Shown here piece after piece: positions 12,211-24,685 of a stretch of 64,000 nucleotides of DNA (the stretch's first letter is position 1; each line of letters begins with the position of its first letter). Source of the stretch: Eledone cirrhosa (Eukaryota). The notes under the pieces are model-generated. The model saw only the letters and a program-made list of their open reading frames with translations, searched no databases and was not told the origin of the DNA. A program made the translations under genes and the position numbers. The stretch lies in the NCBI GenBank assembly GCA_964016885.1, contig OZ024744.1:69564001-69628000 (forward strand), given 5' to 3'.

Positions 12211-12285
12211 CACATATAGTAAGTACAGCGAACTTTTTAAAATTTATTTTAAAACTTTTTCTCTATTTGCTAGACCTTGATTTTA

Positions 12286-12361
<76 letters not shown>

Positions 12362-12432
12362 CTGGACCGGCAACCGCTCTGTATAATCAGTTCCTGATTA
12401 TTACGGGAATTCTATAAGAATCCAACATTAAT

Positions 12433-12529
12433 AATTTTCAGCAAACAGGAGGAGTGGTGAGCTTTGATAAGTACCAACAAGTACGAAACAGAGCTCTGTC
12501 AGCTTATCTCCCCTTGTTTGCGGAAAATT
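12433..12529 (+). ncRNA. Type I hammerhead ribozyme with U3-A8 core variant and extended stem I
   Basis: GAGCT TTGATAA GTAC caacaa GTAC GAA ACAGAGCTCTGT C AGCTT. Stem I extends via GGAG/CTCC, GCAAACA/TGTTTGC and AATTTTC/GAAAATT. Predicted cleavage is after 12500 (GUC). Confidence 0.85.
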
Positions 12530-12629
12530 GAAGTAAGTGACACTGTCACTACTTTAAAACAATAGCGTAAGGTCTTCAAAATGCTTTTAATTAAGCATAC
12601 AGTGTATTGCAAAATACAGTATATATACA

Positions 12630-12850
<221 letters not shown>

Positions 12851-12857
12851 ATATATA

Positions 12858-12909
<52 letters not shown>

Positions 12910-12981
12910 ATATATAAGAAAATTTCGCTCTACATGGCTGAATACAATAAATGTAATCTGAGTTTTTCGAATATTAATAAT

Positions 12982-13172
12982 TGTTTTTACTTTTGGCACA
13001 AGGCAAGCAATTATTCCAGTGTATTACTGGTACTTTATTTTATCGACCCCGTAAGGATGAAAGGCAAAGTTAACCTCGGCGGGATTTGAACTCAGATCAT
13101 AAAGAGCCGTAACTCTTTGCTGCAAAGCATGGCGTCCGAGCCTCTACCGATACTGCCAATCCACCACCCTCC
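12982..13172 (-). mobile_element. Major-family SINE with TSD TATTAATAAT
   Basis: The TSD lies at 12972-12981 and 13173-13182. The SINE is absent from the second repeat copy at about 13611. Confidence 0.9.
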
Positions 13173-13282
13173 TATTAATAATAACATTCGATGCGTTTGC
13201 AATTTTGCAAACAAGCCTTAATTTTATAGCCATGTCAGTAGAATGAACTCTTCATTCTTGCTCTTATATTGGCATGTAAACA

Positions 13283-13332
13283 GAACTGCAAACACTAATG
13301 TTTCTGGGTGTCATCCATCATCAGTACAGTTC
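13283..13332 (-). ncRNA. Type I hammerhead ribozyme (GUU site)
   Basis: Minus strand GAACTGTA CTGATGA TGGatgacacCCA GAA ACATTAGTGT T TGCAGTTC. Confidence 0.8.
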
Positions 13333-13395
13333 ACTGTTCACCTGGCAACTGTCAGAGCTAGTGAAAATATATGCTATTTTCAAAAATACTCAATG

Positions 13396-13498
13396 ACTGA
13401 TCGGCCTGATTTGCATATTAGCAGACTGGCCGATCTGTCAGATCTGCATATTAGTAGATCCACTGATCAGCCAGATTTGCATATAAGCAGACTGGTCA
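13396..13498. repeat. 33-bp tandem repeat (3 copies) inside the retrozyme-like unit
   Basis: Variants of ACTGATCGGCCTGATTTGCATATTAGCAGACTG. Confidence 0.8.
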
Positions 13499-13721
13499 CT
13501 CAGTTTCCTGTATACGAGCGATAAATGGCCGGTTTTGCCAAATTCAAATAAAAAAGAAAATTTCGCTCTGCATGGCTGAATACAATAAATGTAATCTGAG
13601 TTTTTCGAATATTAATAATAACATTCGATTCGTTTGCAATTGTGCAAACAAGCCTCATTTTATAGCCATGTCAGGAGAATGAACACTTGATTCTTGCTCT
13701 TGTGTTGGCATGTAAACAGAA

Positions 13722-13765
13722 CTGCAGACACTAATGTTTCTGGGTATCACCCTTCATCAGTACAG
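13722..13765 (-). ncRNA. Type I hammerhead ribozyme (GUC site)
   Basis: Minus strand CTGTA CTGATGA aGGGTgatACCCa GAA ACATTAGTGT C TGCAG. Confidence 0.82.
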
Positions 13766-13954
13766 CTTACTGTTCACCTGCCAAACTGTCACAGTTAGTG
13801 ATACCCAGAAACATTAGTGTCTGCAGTTCTATTCAACACAAAAGCAAGAATGGAGTGTTCATTCTGCTGACATGGCTATAAAATTGAGGCTTGTTTTCAA
13901 AAGGGCAAACGAATCGAATGTTATTATTAATATTCGAAAAACTCAGATTACATT

Positions 13955-14033
<79 letters not shown>

Positions 14034-14153
14034 GGAGGTGAGTTTTATTGTAGAAAATAAAGCAATGCAAATATCGTATAAGTAGCACTCAACAGTTTAT
14101 TGGACTGGAGTATATATAAGAAGAAATTAAATGATGGTTAAAAAAGCTCCATG

Positions 14154-14224
14154 TATTTTATTATGCGCATTTCAAAAACAAATATCATCCTGGGACAATA
14201 TGTGCGTTCTCATCAGATAAAATA
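14154..14224 (-). ncRNA. Type I hammerhead ribozyme in inverted PLE repeat
   Basis: Minus strand TATTTTAT CTGATGA gaac...tttt GAA ATGCGCAT A ATAAAATA, with a perfect 8-bp stem I and palindromic stem III. Confidence 0.8.
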
Positions 14225-15974
14225 GGGAGCCATGATATGAAGCTTAAAAAAAACACTTGTGAGCAAGGTAGTGTCTAATCAACATATGATAAATAAATTT
14301 AAAAGGATATAGGAGATTGCGAAAAAGGGAAGGAAGGGGGAAAAGGAAGGAAGAGGAAGAAAGGAAAAAAGGAAAAAAAGAGGGAAAGGATAACGGAGGA
14401 AGAGTATAAGAAGGAGGAAGGAGAGAGAAAGAGAAAGGAGAGAAAAAAAAAGAAAAATACGAGGAAGAAAAAATTACGTCAAAATTTGTTTACAAAGTTC
14501 ACCTAATGCTAATATTAATAGATTTGAAGTAAAAAATTGGGAAATATAGCGGCTTAAAAAAGTAATATTGAGAAGAAATGATATAAAGATGAACTATTTA
14601 AAAGAAATTTGTATCCCCAAGAAGATAAAGGAGTTTGCTATAGTGAATAAAAAAAATAAAAAATTACGGGACCAAAAACGTCATAGTATGAATGAACTTT
14701 GTAGAATGTACTGAATATGTACTTAAAAGAACAAACACTGCACTCTCAGAACTCATTTGGTCCTTAAAAGACAAAAACAATAATTACAAAATTTCTTGGC
14801 GTAAAATTTGCAATGCTTCTCCATATTCCAATGCTTCCATATCTAGAACTTGTAATTTATGTCTAGCGAAAAATGTTACCATTATCTCTAATTTTAACTC
14901 TATAATAAATAGACGCACAGATTTATTTTCGCTTTTCATCCATAAATCGCTTAGGTCATTTCACAAAATATACAGCTAATATCTTACTCCATAATTAAGA
15001 TTAAAAACCTTTTCTCACACATATATATATCTTTTTACACACATACCCCCTTTTTTCTCGCATATTTCAGTACATTCTACAAAGTTTTTAAAATTTTTAA
15101 TTCACTATAGCAAACTCCTTTATCTTCTTGGGGATACAAATTTCTTTTAAATAGTTCACCTTTATATCATTTCTTCTCAATATTACTTTTTTAAGCCGCT
15201 ATATTTCCCACTTTTTTACTTCAAATCTATTAATATTAGCATTAGGTGAACTTTTTCTTCCTCATATTTTTCTTTTTTTTTCTTCTCTTTTTCCGTGCTT
15301 GTCTTAGCTTAAATAATTACTTTTTCTATTACAATCTATTTAAACAAACTAGAACCCTATATCATCTTCTAAGCTTATAAATCATTTAATTTTATTTTTA
15401 TTCACCTTATCTTATTTTACTTTATTTTATCTTAATAATACATTTTAATAAAAAGTTTCGCACATCTTAATAAATCCTTCACTATTTAAACCCTAAATAT
15501 ATAAACCCTAAATAAATAGTATACTTAATTTCTATATCTGTAATCATAAACATCATCATTCATAAACCTCATCAATTTTTTATTTTTTTTATTTTTTTAT
15601 TATTATTATTTTTTTTATTTTTTTTTATTTATTTATTTATTTTTTTTTTTATTATTTTTTTTTTATTTTTTTTTTTTTATTTTTATTTTTTAAATTTATT
15701 TATAAATTTACAACCGTTTCTTCAGTTGTTTCTCTGTGGAGACAGCGTTTTTCAGTTTAAATGTTTATCTCTCTCTCTTTCTCTCCTTCCTCCTTCTTAT
15801 ACTCTTCCTCCGTTATCATTTCCTTCTTTTTTCCCCTTTTCCTTTCTTCCTTCCTTGTTCCCCCTTCCTTCCCTTTTTCCCAATCTCCTATATCCTTTTA
15901 AATTTATTTAACATATGTTGTTTAGACACTACCTTGCTCACAAGTGTTTTTTTAAGCTTCATATCATGGCTCCC

Positions 15975-16044
15975 TATTTTATCTGATGAAAAGGCACATA
16001 TCGTCCCTGGATGATATTTGTTTTTGAAATACGCATAATAAATA
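15975..16044 (+). ncRNA. Type I hammerhead ribozyme, sense copy in PLE 3' repeat (slightly mutated)
   Basis: TATTTTAT CTGATGA aaagg...tttt GAA ATACGCAT A ATAAATA. Confidence 0.7.
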
Positions 16045-16439
16045 CATGGAGCTTTTTTAACCATCTTTTAATTTCTTCTTATATATATATATATAATAAT
16101 AAATGTAATCTGAGTTTTATATATATATGTATATATATATATACATATATATATGTATATATATATATGTATATTATATATTCTTACAAATAGCGTCGTC
16201 TCGCATTCTGAATATAGCGAATGGAGAAAAACTACAACTAATTGACACTGATATTAGTAATTTCAAGGGAAATAACTCCTATTGACTGAGCTGATTATAA
16301 GTTTTTCTATCCGATTGGTAGAGTTTTTGTAAAAAGAAAAAGAAAAAAAATATTATTTTCATTATTATTATTTGAAACTTCCTTTGAATTCTGTTTCTTT
16401 CCTATACCATGCCGCGTGTCAATTTGACACCTGAAGCAA

Positions 16440-16980
16440 AATTTGATCATACAGACATTTTACAATCAATTCTCATACAGGCGATGCCTCAAAGGCCCAA
16501 ACAGCAGTAAATGTCTTTGCAATGTTTTTAAATAGATATCACTCTTCTCAGGACATGGACAGTGCCAGTCAGCACTATTTTCTGCATCTTTTGCAGAGAT
16601 GGCTTTCTATATGGTCTAAATATTTTTCAGTTCCTCTTTTTTATCATTCCAAGTGCACTGACAATCACAGCTACTGTACAGGTTTTAAGATACCACATTT
16701 TCTCAATTTCAATTGATTGGTCTTTATACTTTTTGAGCTTTCCAAACTCTTTTGAAGAGATTTTACGATCTGATGGAATGCTCGTGTCAATTAAGAAACA
16801 TGTTTTCTGTGTATGATCCTTCACATTTATATCAGGTCTGTTGGCCTTGATTATTCTGTCAGTGTTCACATAGAAATCCCATAGGATTGTCACATTCTCA
16901 CCTCTAGTTACTGCATTTGGGTGATGGTTGTACCATTCCCCTCTATTTTATACCATAAAACCTGTATGTTATTCAGTGTG
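16440..16980 (-). mobile_element. R4/Dong-like non-LTR retrotransposon 3' fragment (restriction-like endonuclease)
   Basis: ILWDFYVNTDRIIKANRPDINVKD...CFLIDTSIPSD...KLKKYKD..IEIEKMW...VIVSALG, followed by QKIVLTGTVHVLRR. Confidence 0.85.
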
Positions 16981-16989
16981 AATATTGCT

Positions 16990-17770
16990 CTTAATGTCTT
17001 CAAGTGCTCACAGCCCTCAGCCAACCGGCCAATACGATCGGTGGAAACTCTGAGGTTTAGTGGCGGGAAAAATCGATGACCTTTTTTAAGAAACTCTAGG
17101 GCTCGACTAAAATCAACTAGCTATTCTTTCCCAGAGGTCTTTCAGTCCAGGACACATAGATATCAACCAAAATCCCTGGCCTGACAGTGCTACCGAAGAG
17201 ATTTGCCAGTTCAAGGTAAACTCTACAGGCATGGAAGTGCCGTTAGCCGGGCCTGTCCGAAATGCATGCGGGACAACGAAACCGTCCTTGCACGCACTCG
17301 TTGAGGGTCTGAGTATTGCCCACTTGTGGGTTTACGTCGAACACTTACTGCGACGCATGGGACGGATCTGAGTATCAACTGAGTCCATCGTGAGCATCAC
17401 CCTGCCGTCATCTTTTAAAGAGGAAGGACGGGAAATTGTTTATGTGCCAGGTAGCCATGGCGAAAGAGGTCGCGTGGTGGACGCACTTGTAAGGATTGAA
17501 GACGAATACATATCTCTATTCGGCGAAGTCTTGACTAACTTTTTCAAGTTTTACTTGAAGAGGAAAATCATGGTGGAGAGGGAAATGCTGCCTTCCAACC
17601 AGTTTGTTGAAAGGTGGGTGAGAGGACCGTGCGAGTGAATGGGCTTGTTCTGAGAATGCACATGTAAATTGGAGGAGAATATCTGAGAGAGGGCCTTACC
17701 CTGGCAGTCAATAAGATTAACGTGGCTTATTGTGAGCTTCCTCCACGGGTGGCCCTCGGGAACACCACTA
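16990..17770 (+). mobile_element. Decayed L1/Tx1-like LINE ORF2 3' region
   Basis: Broken C-terminal knuckle (CP.C...NETVLARTR/HAL-like at 17255-17300) and FKFYLKRKIMVERE...FVERWVR. Confidence 0.6.
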
Positions 17771-17771
17771 G

Positions 17772-17815
<44 letters not shown>

Positions 17816-18189
17816 TAAGTTTACATATACATAAACTAGACAGAGCCATATATATATATATATGTTTTTGGCAACCATTCACGGTGTGGCTCAATGACGA
17901 ATTAATTAATTAAATAATAAACAATCAGAGCAATATATGAGAAAGTAAGTCCATAGAATCATTTGATAAAATATACAGCATTTCTCCTGCCAATCAGCAT
18001 AATTAACCACACAAAAAATCAATTAAACGAGGCTATAATTTTAAAATGTATCTATGAAGAAACAATAGATAAATAAATGATAGCTATTTTATCCGCGATC
18101 AACAGCGACAGAAGATTTACCTAGTATTTCTAATAGCCCGAGGAAACTGATTAGACATAGCCAACCATACACAATTAGGTACAAAATCA

Positions 18190-18298
18190 AAGTTAGAAGA
18201 AAAAATGTACATAAACATACCAAAATTATGTTTCCCACGCGGCAATAAGTGGAAAAACATAATTTTGATATGTTTATGTACATTTTTTCTTCTAACAT
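18190..18298. repeat. Near-perfect hairpin with about 48-bp arms
   Basis: GTTAGAAGAAAAAATGTACATAAACATACCAAAATTATGTTTCCCAC pairs with GTGGAAAAACATAATTTTGATATGTTTATGTACATTTTTTCTTCTAAC. Confidence 0.9.
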
Positions 18299-19890
18299 TT
18301 TACGCCGGGATTATCTGCTCGAGGCCTGCCTCAACCGAGCCCCCTCTGCCTACCCGCTGGCCTACCTGTCATATGGAGCCCCGAGCATGCTCCTTGCTGC
18401 TGATAGGTCATACCCTCAGCTACTGGGTCCAACAGTGAGACCCTTTGAAAACCCACCCTGTTCGCCGTTGGTATTGACCACATCGCCCGTGAGTATCATG
18501 GCCCCTCTCAACGTTTGGTATCTGGATAATGCTACGTTGGGCGGGCCCGTACGGACGGTCTGCCATGACCGTCAATCGGTGGTTCCTGCCCTGGCGAGAA
18601 TCGGCCTCCAGGTCAACTCGGCCAAGTCGGAGGTGGTGAACGCCAGCCTCGATGCTGCGAGCTTTACAGCCTCCGTCTTGGACGGGCGGTCCATTCTCCG
18701 CCAGGTTCAGGCTTTATTGACGGCCACCCAGCTCTCTTTCTGCTGAGGAACTGCTTCTCCATGCCGAAGCTCCTCTATACACTCCGCAGCGCTACATGCT
18801 ACACCCAGACATCTCTCCTCGCTGACCTCGATACTTGTATCCGAGCTGCAGCCGAGGGGATATGCAACGTCAAGTTTGACGACATAGGGTGGCAACAGGC
18901 CACTTTACCTGCCAGGTATGGCGGCCTTGGCCTCCGGTCCCCGATCTCACTAACTTTGCCGGCGTATCTTTCGTCGGTAACCACGTGCCGCGTCCTCGTC
19001 AGCAGGGTTCTTCAAAACACAACAGAACCATCTGTGTTCAGAGAACGTGAGGCCGCCTGTGAGACGTGGGACCGGCTGGGACTTAGCCCAGTAGACGTCC
19101 CCCTCTTTCTCCCTCTATTGACGTCAAGTCCCCCCAACGCACATGGGATGACATCCAGTGCAGACAGGCTCACGCGCCAGCTCCACCAGCACCGCCTTGC
19201 TTGTTTTCGTGCGGCCTCCAAACCCCACAGTGGTGCCTGGCTCCATGCCCTGCCCCCCTTCTCCACTGGCACCCAGCTAGACAACCATAGCCTGCGAATC
19301 GGCGTTTCTCTGAGGCTCGGCCTCCGGATCTGCCAGCCACACCAATGTCGCTGCGGTTTCACCGCGGACTCTTTCGGCCTCCACCCGCTTTCCTGTTGCC
19401 ACAGTGCCGGCCGCATTCCACGCCATGCTGCCCTCAACGAGGTCATTAAGCATGGCTTGGACGCTGCAGGCTTCTCTTCCCAGCTAGAGCCGGTGGGGCT
19501 GGATCGAGGGGACGTCAAAAGGCCAGATGGCATGACCATCTTCCCGTTCCGCGGTGGCAAACACCTCGTCTGGGATGCCACTTGCACCGACACTTTCTGC
19601 AGCCGCAACCTGGTGCAGTCTGCGACTAACCCAGATTCTACTGCACGTCGGGCTGAGGGGGCCAACTCCTCAAATACCGGTCGCTCTCCGACAGGTTTGC
19701 GGTCGTACCCCTGGCAGTGGAGACTTCTGGTGTCCTCGGCCCCAGGGCTACCTCCTTACTCACCACCATAGGCCCTGAGCTGGCCAGCCGCAGGAGTGAG
19801 CCTCGCGAGCTGGAATAGCTTTTCTAGCGCGTCTCCCTTGCCGTCTTCCGGGGAAACGCCTTCTCCATTCTGTCCGCCGTGGCTGTGGGT
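18299..19890 (+). mobile_element. CRE-like non-LTR retrotransposon, 5'-truncated and frameshifted (RT, CCHC, RLE)
   Basis: GC-rich island encoding LNVWYLDNATLGG (YLDD-like), QATLPARYGGLGLRS, GAWLHALP, CRCG..D..GLHPLSC...RHAALN and RPDGMTIFPF..GKHLVWDATCTDT. Confidence 0.88.
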
Positions 19891-20100
19891 GGGCCCCATC
19901 GCGTACCGTTGTAGTTGTTGTATACATATATTAACTCATCAATCCCATTGTCCTAATTATATAAACACAGTATCCATGGCAAATACACCGTGTGATGTAA
20001 AATAATATATATTTTCATTAGCCTGGTCAGCAGCATCACGCGAAACACAGAGCAGTAACAGAACACAATCTCAGTAATGTGTGTCTTGTGTGTGTGTGTG

Positions 20101-20163
<63 letters not shown>

Positions 20164-20279
20164 GTATATATATATATATTTACATCGACACATACATATA
20201 CATACTTGCATACATTGATACATGCATACATACAAACATACATACATACATATATACATATATACATATATACATACAT

Positions 20280-20374
20280 GATGATGATGATGGCTGCCCC
20301 CTCGTTATCGAGTATGGCCATTGCACGAGGAGAAAAAAAATTAATAAATAAATAAAAAGAAAAAAAAAAAAGAA

Positions 20375-20408
<34 letters not shown>

Positions 20409-21625
20409 ATATACATATATACACACACATATATATATACATACGCACATATACATTAATAACAATAATAATAATAACAATAATAATATACATATACATA
20501 TATACACACACACGCGCACACATAACCACACCGATACACACACACACACACGATAGCAACTAACAGCGCTGCGATCGAATGTGGCTTTTTAGCCCAGCCA
20601 ATGATCTAAAATGTCTTGCACAGAGTCGGCAACCAAAACATTCACTGGGAATAGTCGGCTGTGGTTGGAGTTCGTGTACCTTTGCATGTCACTTGAGCCC
20701 TCCTGCTGATTTACATTCTCTACCACATGTTTGGCAAGCATGATGAGTAGCATCTCCAACAGCAGCCTGGTAGTCAACCACTGGTCTTACTTTATGACTG
20801 CGAAGATGACTTTCGAGTCCAGCTTTGCTTAGGCAGAGTCTCGCACAGACGCTGCATGTCAGCACCATGGGAGGACCCTCGCCGTCTGGAAGTGCAACAG
20901 CAATGCCCTTCCTCACATCCCGATTTACTTTCTCGTATGCGATTCGAGATGCCTCAAGGACAACTTTTCCCTCATATACAGTCTTTCTCCATGTATTACG
21001 ATCAGCAGCAATATTTTCCCATGTATCAGCAGAGATGTTAGCGTCTTTCAAAGAGACTTTCAAGGAATCCTTGTACCTCTTTTTTGGTTTCTGGGCGGTC
21101 GTTTTCCTTTAACCAACTCCCCATAAAAGAGTTGTTTTGGTATTCTAGAATCCTTCATCCTGGCAAGGTGACCACTCCAACGGAGTCGTTGCTTAATCAC
21201 AAGAGCTTCTATACTGTCACACATAGAGATTTGCAAAATTCGACATCACTGATGTGGTCCCTCCAGTGAACGCCATGGATCCGTCTGAGACACATCTGAT
21301 GGAAACGCTCCAATTGTGGTGTCGATATGTGACCCAGGTCTCGCAGGCATAAAGAAGACAAGAGAGCACACATGCTTGTACACCTTTACCTTTGTCCTCC
21401 TGCATATGTCTCGCCGACCCCAGAGTCGCCTTTCTAGCTTTCCGAAAGCATCACTTGCTTTCCTAATCCTAAGTGAGATTTCACTGTCAAGGTTGCTGTA
21501 TCGATTGATAGTGCTTCCCAGGTAGACAAACTGATCAACCACTCCAAGTCGTTTGCCATACACATAGATATTTGGTTCACTGTACTGCTTACCAGGGGCA
21601 GGTTGGTACATGACGACGGTTACCC
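20280..21625 (-). mobile_element. RTE-clade LINE 3' portion with C-terminal C2H2 fingers; 3' terminus at 20280-20328 split off by microsatellites
   Basis: VDQFVYLGSTI...EISLRIRKASDAFGKL..RLW..TKVKVY, LLYACETW and WENIAADRNTWR. The tail TCGTGCAATGGCCATACTCGATAACGAGGGGGCAGC(CAT)n is present. Confidence 0.9.
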
Positions 21626-22014
21626 TATCTAGACTAAAGTCATCGACCTGTTGTCAAACTCTCTACTCTGTGTTGAATGTGTATATATATATATGTATGT
21701 ATATGTGTGTATATACATCACTCAGTCAAACGACCAGATTTCAACCCCAACATCTACAACAACAACACCGGCACTAATGTTTACAGCAACAACAGCTTCA
21801 GAATATACATTCATACATACATATATATATACATTCATATATACATAAATATATACAGACATACATACATACATACATACATACATACATACATACATAC
21901 ATACATACATACATAACGTACATACATACATACATAAATATATACATACATACATACATGCATACATACATACATACATACATACATACATACATACATA
22001 CATACATACATACA

Positions 22015-22045
<31 letters not shown>

Positions 22046-22174
22046 TACATAGATTTGAGGAGAAAATGGAAACCACACAAAAAAGATGAGATTTAGATAA
22101 ACGAGCAACAACGGAAAACCCAAGAAAAACAACAACCACCACCACCACCACCACCACCACAACAACAACAACAA

Positions 22175-22205
<31 letters not shown>

Positions 22206-22526
22206 AACAACGACGACGACGACGACGACAACAATGGTAACATCAACAACAACGGTAACAACAACAATAACAACAACAAAAACTCAACGAAAAACAAAGC
22301 AAAATTTAGGAGAAAAAATAGGGAAAAAAATATACAATGTAAAAAATAAAACAATAAATGACTAAAGTACATAAAAATAAGAAAAAAGAAAAAGTACAAT
22401 AAAATAACATAATAAAAAAGATATAAATAATAATAATTCTTGAAAGTAAACGAAACAATTGTTATCAGCGTTGATAATTAAGTTAAAATAAAATAAAAAA
22501 TAGTGAAACACTGAGTATGGAGGGAC

Positions 22527-23170
22527 GATGGTGGTGGTGGTGGTGGTAGGTAGTGGTGGTGGTGGTGGTGGTGGTGGTGGTGGTAGTAGTGGTGGCGGTA
22601 GTGGTGGTGGTGGTGGTGGTAGGTAGTGGTGGTGGTAGTGTAGGTGGTAGTGGTGGTGGTGGTGGTGGTGGTGGTGGTGGTGGTGGTGGTGGTGGTGGTG
22701 GTGGTGGTAGTAGTGGTGGCGGTAGTGGTGGTGGTGGTGGTGGTGGTGGTAGTGGTGGTGGTGGTGGTAGTGATGGTGGTTGCAATGGTGGTTGTAGTGA
22801 ACGTGGTGGTTTTAGTGGCGATGTCGGTGGTGGTTGTGGTGGTAGTGACGGTGGTGGTGACGGTGGTGTTCTTGTTATTATTGTTAGTGGTGGTGGTGGT
22901 GGTGGTGTTATTGTTGTTGATAGTGGTGGTGTTATCGCTGTTGTTGTTGTTAGTTGGCGATGGTGGTGATGACTATGTTATTAGTGTTGTTGTTGTTGTT
23001 GTTGTTATTATTAGTGGTGATGGTGGTGGTGTTATTAGTGGCGATGGTGGTGGTGTTAGCGTTGTTAGTGGTGAAGGTGGTGGAGGTGGTGATTGTTGTG
23101 GAGTAAAGCGTTGTTGTTGCTGGTGGTGTTGTGGTAGTGGTTATTAGAACTGTTGTTTGTTTGTGATGAC

Positions 23171-23234
<64 letters not shown>

Positions 23235-23235
23235 G
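22527..23235. repeat. (GGT)n/(GTT)n/(GAT)n compound trinucleotide tract
   Basis: Directly visible. Confidence 0.95.
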
Positions 23236-23343
23236 TGGGGAGTTATTTTTATTTTTTTGTTTTCAAAATTGAAAATATATTTTTTTTATTGTTCATTGTT
23301 TAACGTGAGTCAATATTTGCATATGTATATTAGTATATGTATA

Positions 23344-23460
23344 TGATGAATTATAGGAGCCCACTTGAATATATATCTATTGATGGTATACAAGCTCCTA
23401 CATAAATTGGTATAATTTCACCCAAATTGTAGGAATCCTATAATGAAACGAGACGTCCGT
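23344..23460 (+). ncRNA. 5'-truncated hammerhead motif
   Basis: TGATGA ATTATAGGA ... TCCTATAAT GAA ACGagaCGT C, with a perfect 9-bp stem II and GUC site. C3 and the 5' strand of stem I are replaced by AT microsatellite. Confidence 0.65.
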
Positions 23461-23640
23461 CTGGGAAGAGATATATTAGATATGTCTCATTTGAAATAAT
23501 ACAGCCAATTTTCCACGCAATACTTTTAGTTAGCACCCCGAACACATAATTGGGAATATAATTACTTATTTCCTAATGTTTGTTGAGTGAGTTGGAATTT
23601 GGCCGGAGTATCGCTAAAAAGCTTTCTCCGATATTGTATT

Positions 23641-23716
<76 letters not shown>

Positions 23717-23792
23717 ATATGTATATGTATATATGTATATATATATACATATATATATATTGATATGTATATGTATATGTATATATGTATAC

Positions 23793-23874
<82 letters not shown>

Positions 23875-23889
23875 GTATATATATGTAGG

Positions 23890-24617
<728 letters not shown>

Positions 24618-24653
24618 TACGTATATATATATACGTATGTACATATGTATGTG

Positions 24654-24685
<32 letters not shown>

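Larger units (their letters stand above)
12917..13958 (-). mobile_element. Retrozyme-like non-coding element: two direct repeats each with a hammerhead, plus an inverted partial copy
   Basis: 12917-13360 (interrupted by a SINE) repeats at 13555-13795. 13799-13958 is an inverted partial copy. The element is flanked by (AT)n on both sides. Confidence 0.8.
14112..16090 (+). mobile_element. 5'-truncated Penelope-like element with inverted copy of its 3' repeat
   Basis: 14723-14979 encodes a GIY-YIG C-terminus (TALSELIWSLKD..YKISWRKI...CNLCLAK...INRRTDL). 14112-14719 is an inverted copy of 15061-15285 plus 15770-16090. Confidence 0.85.
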
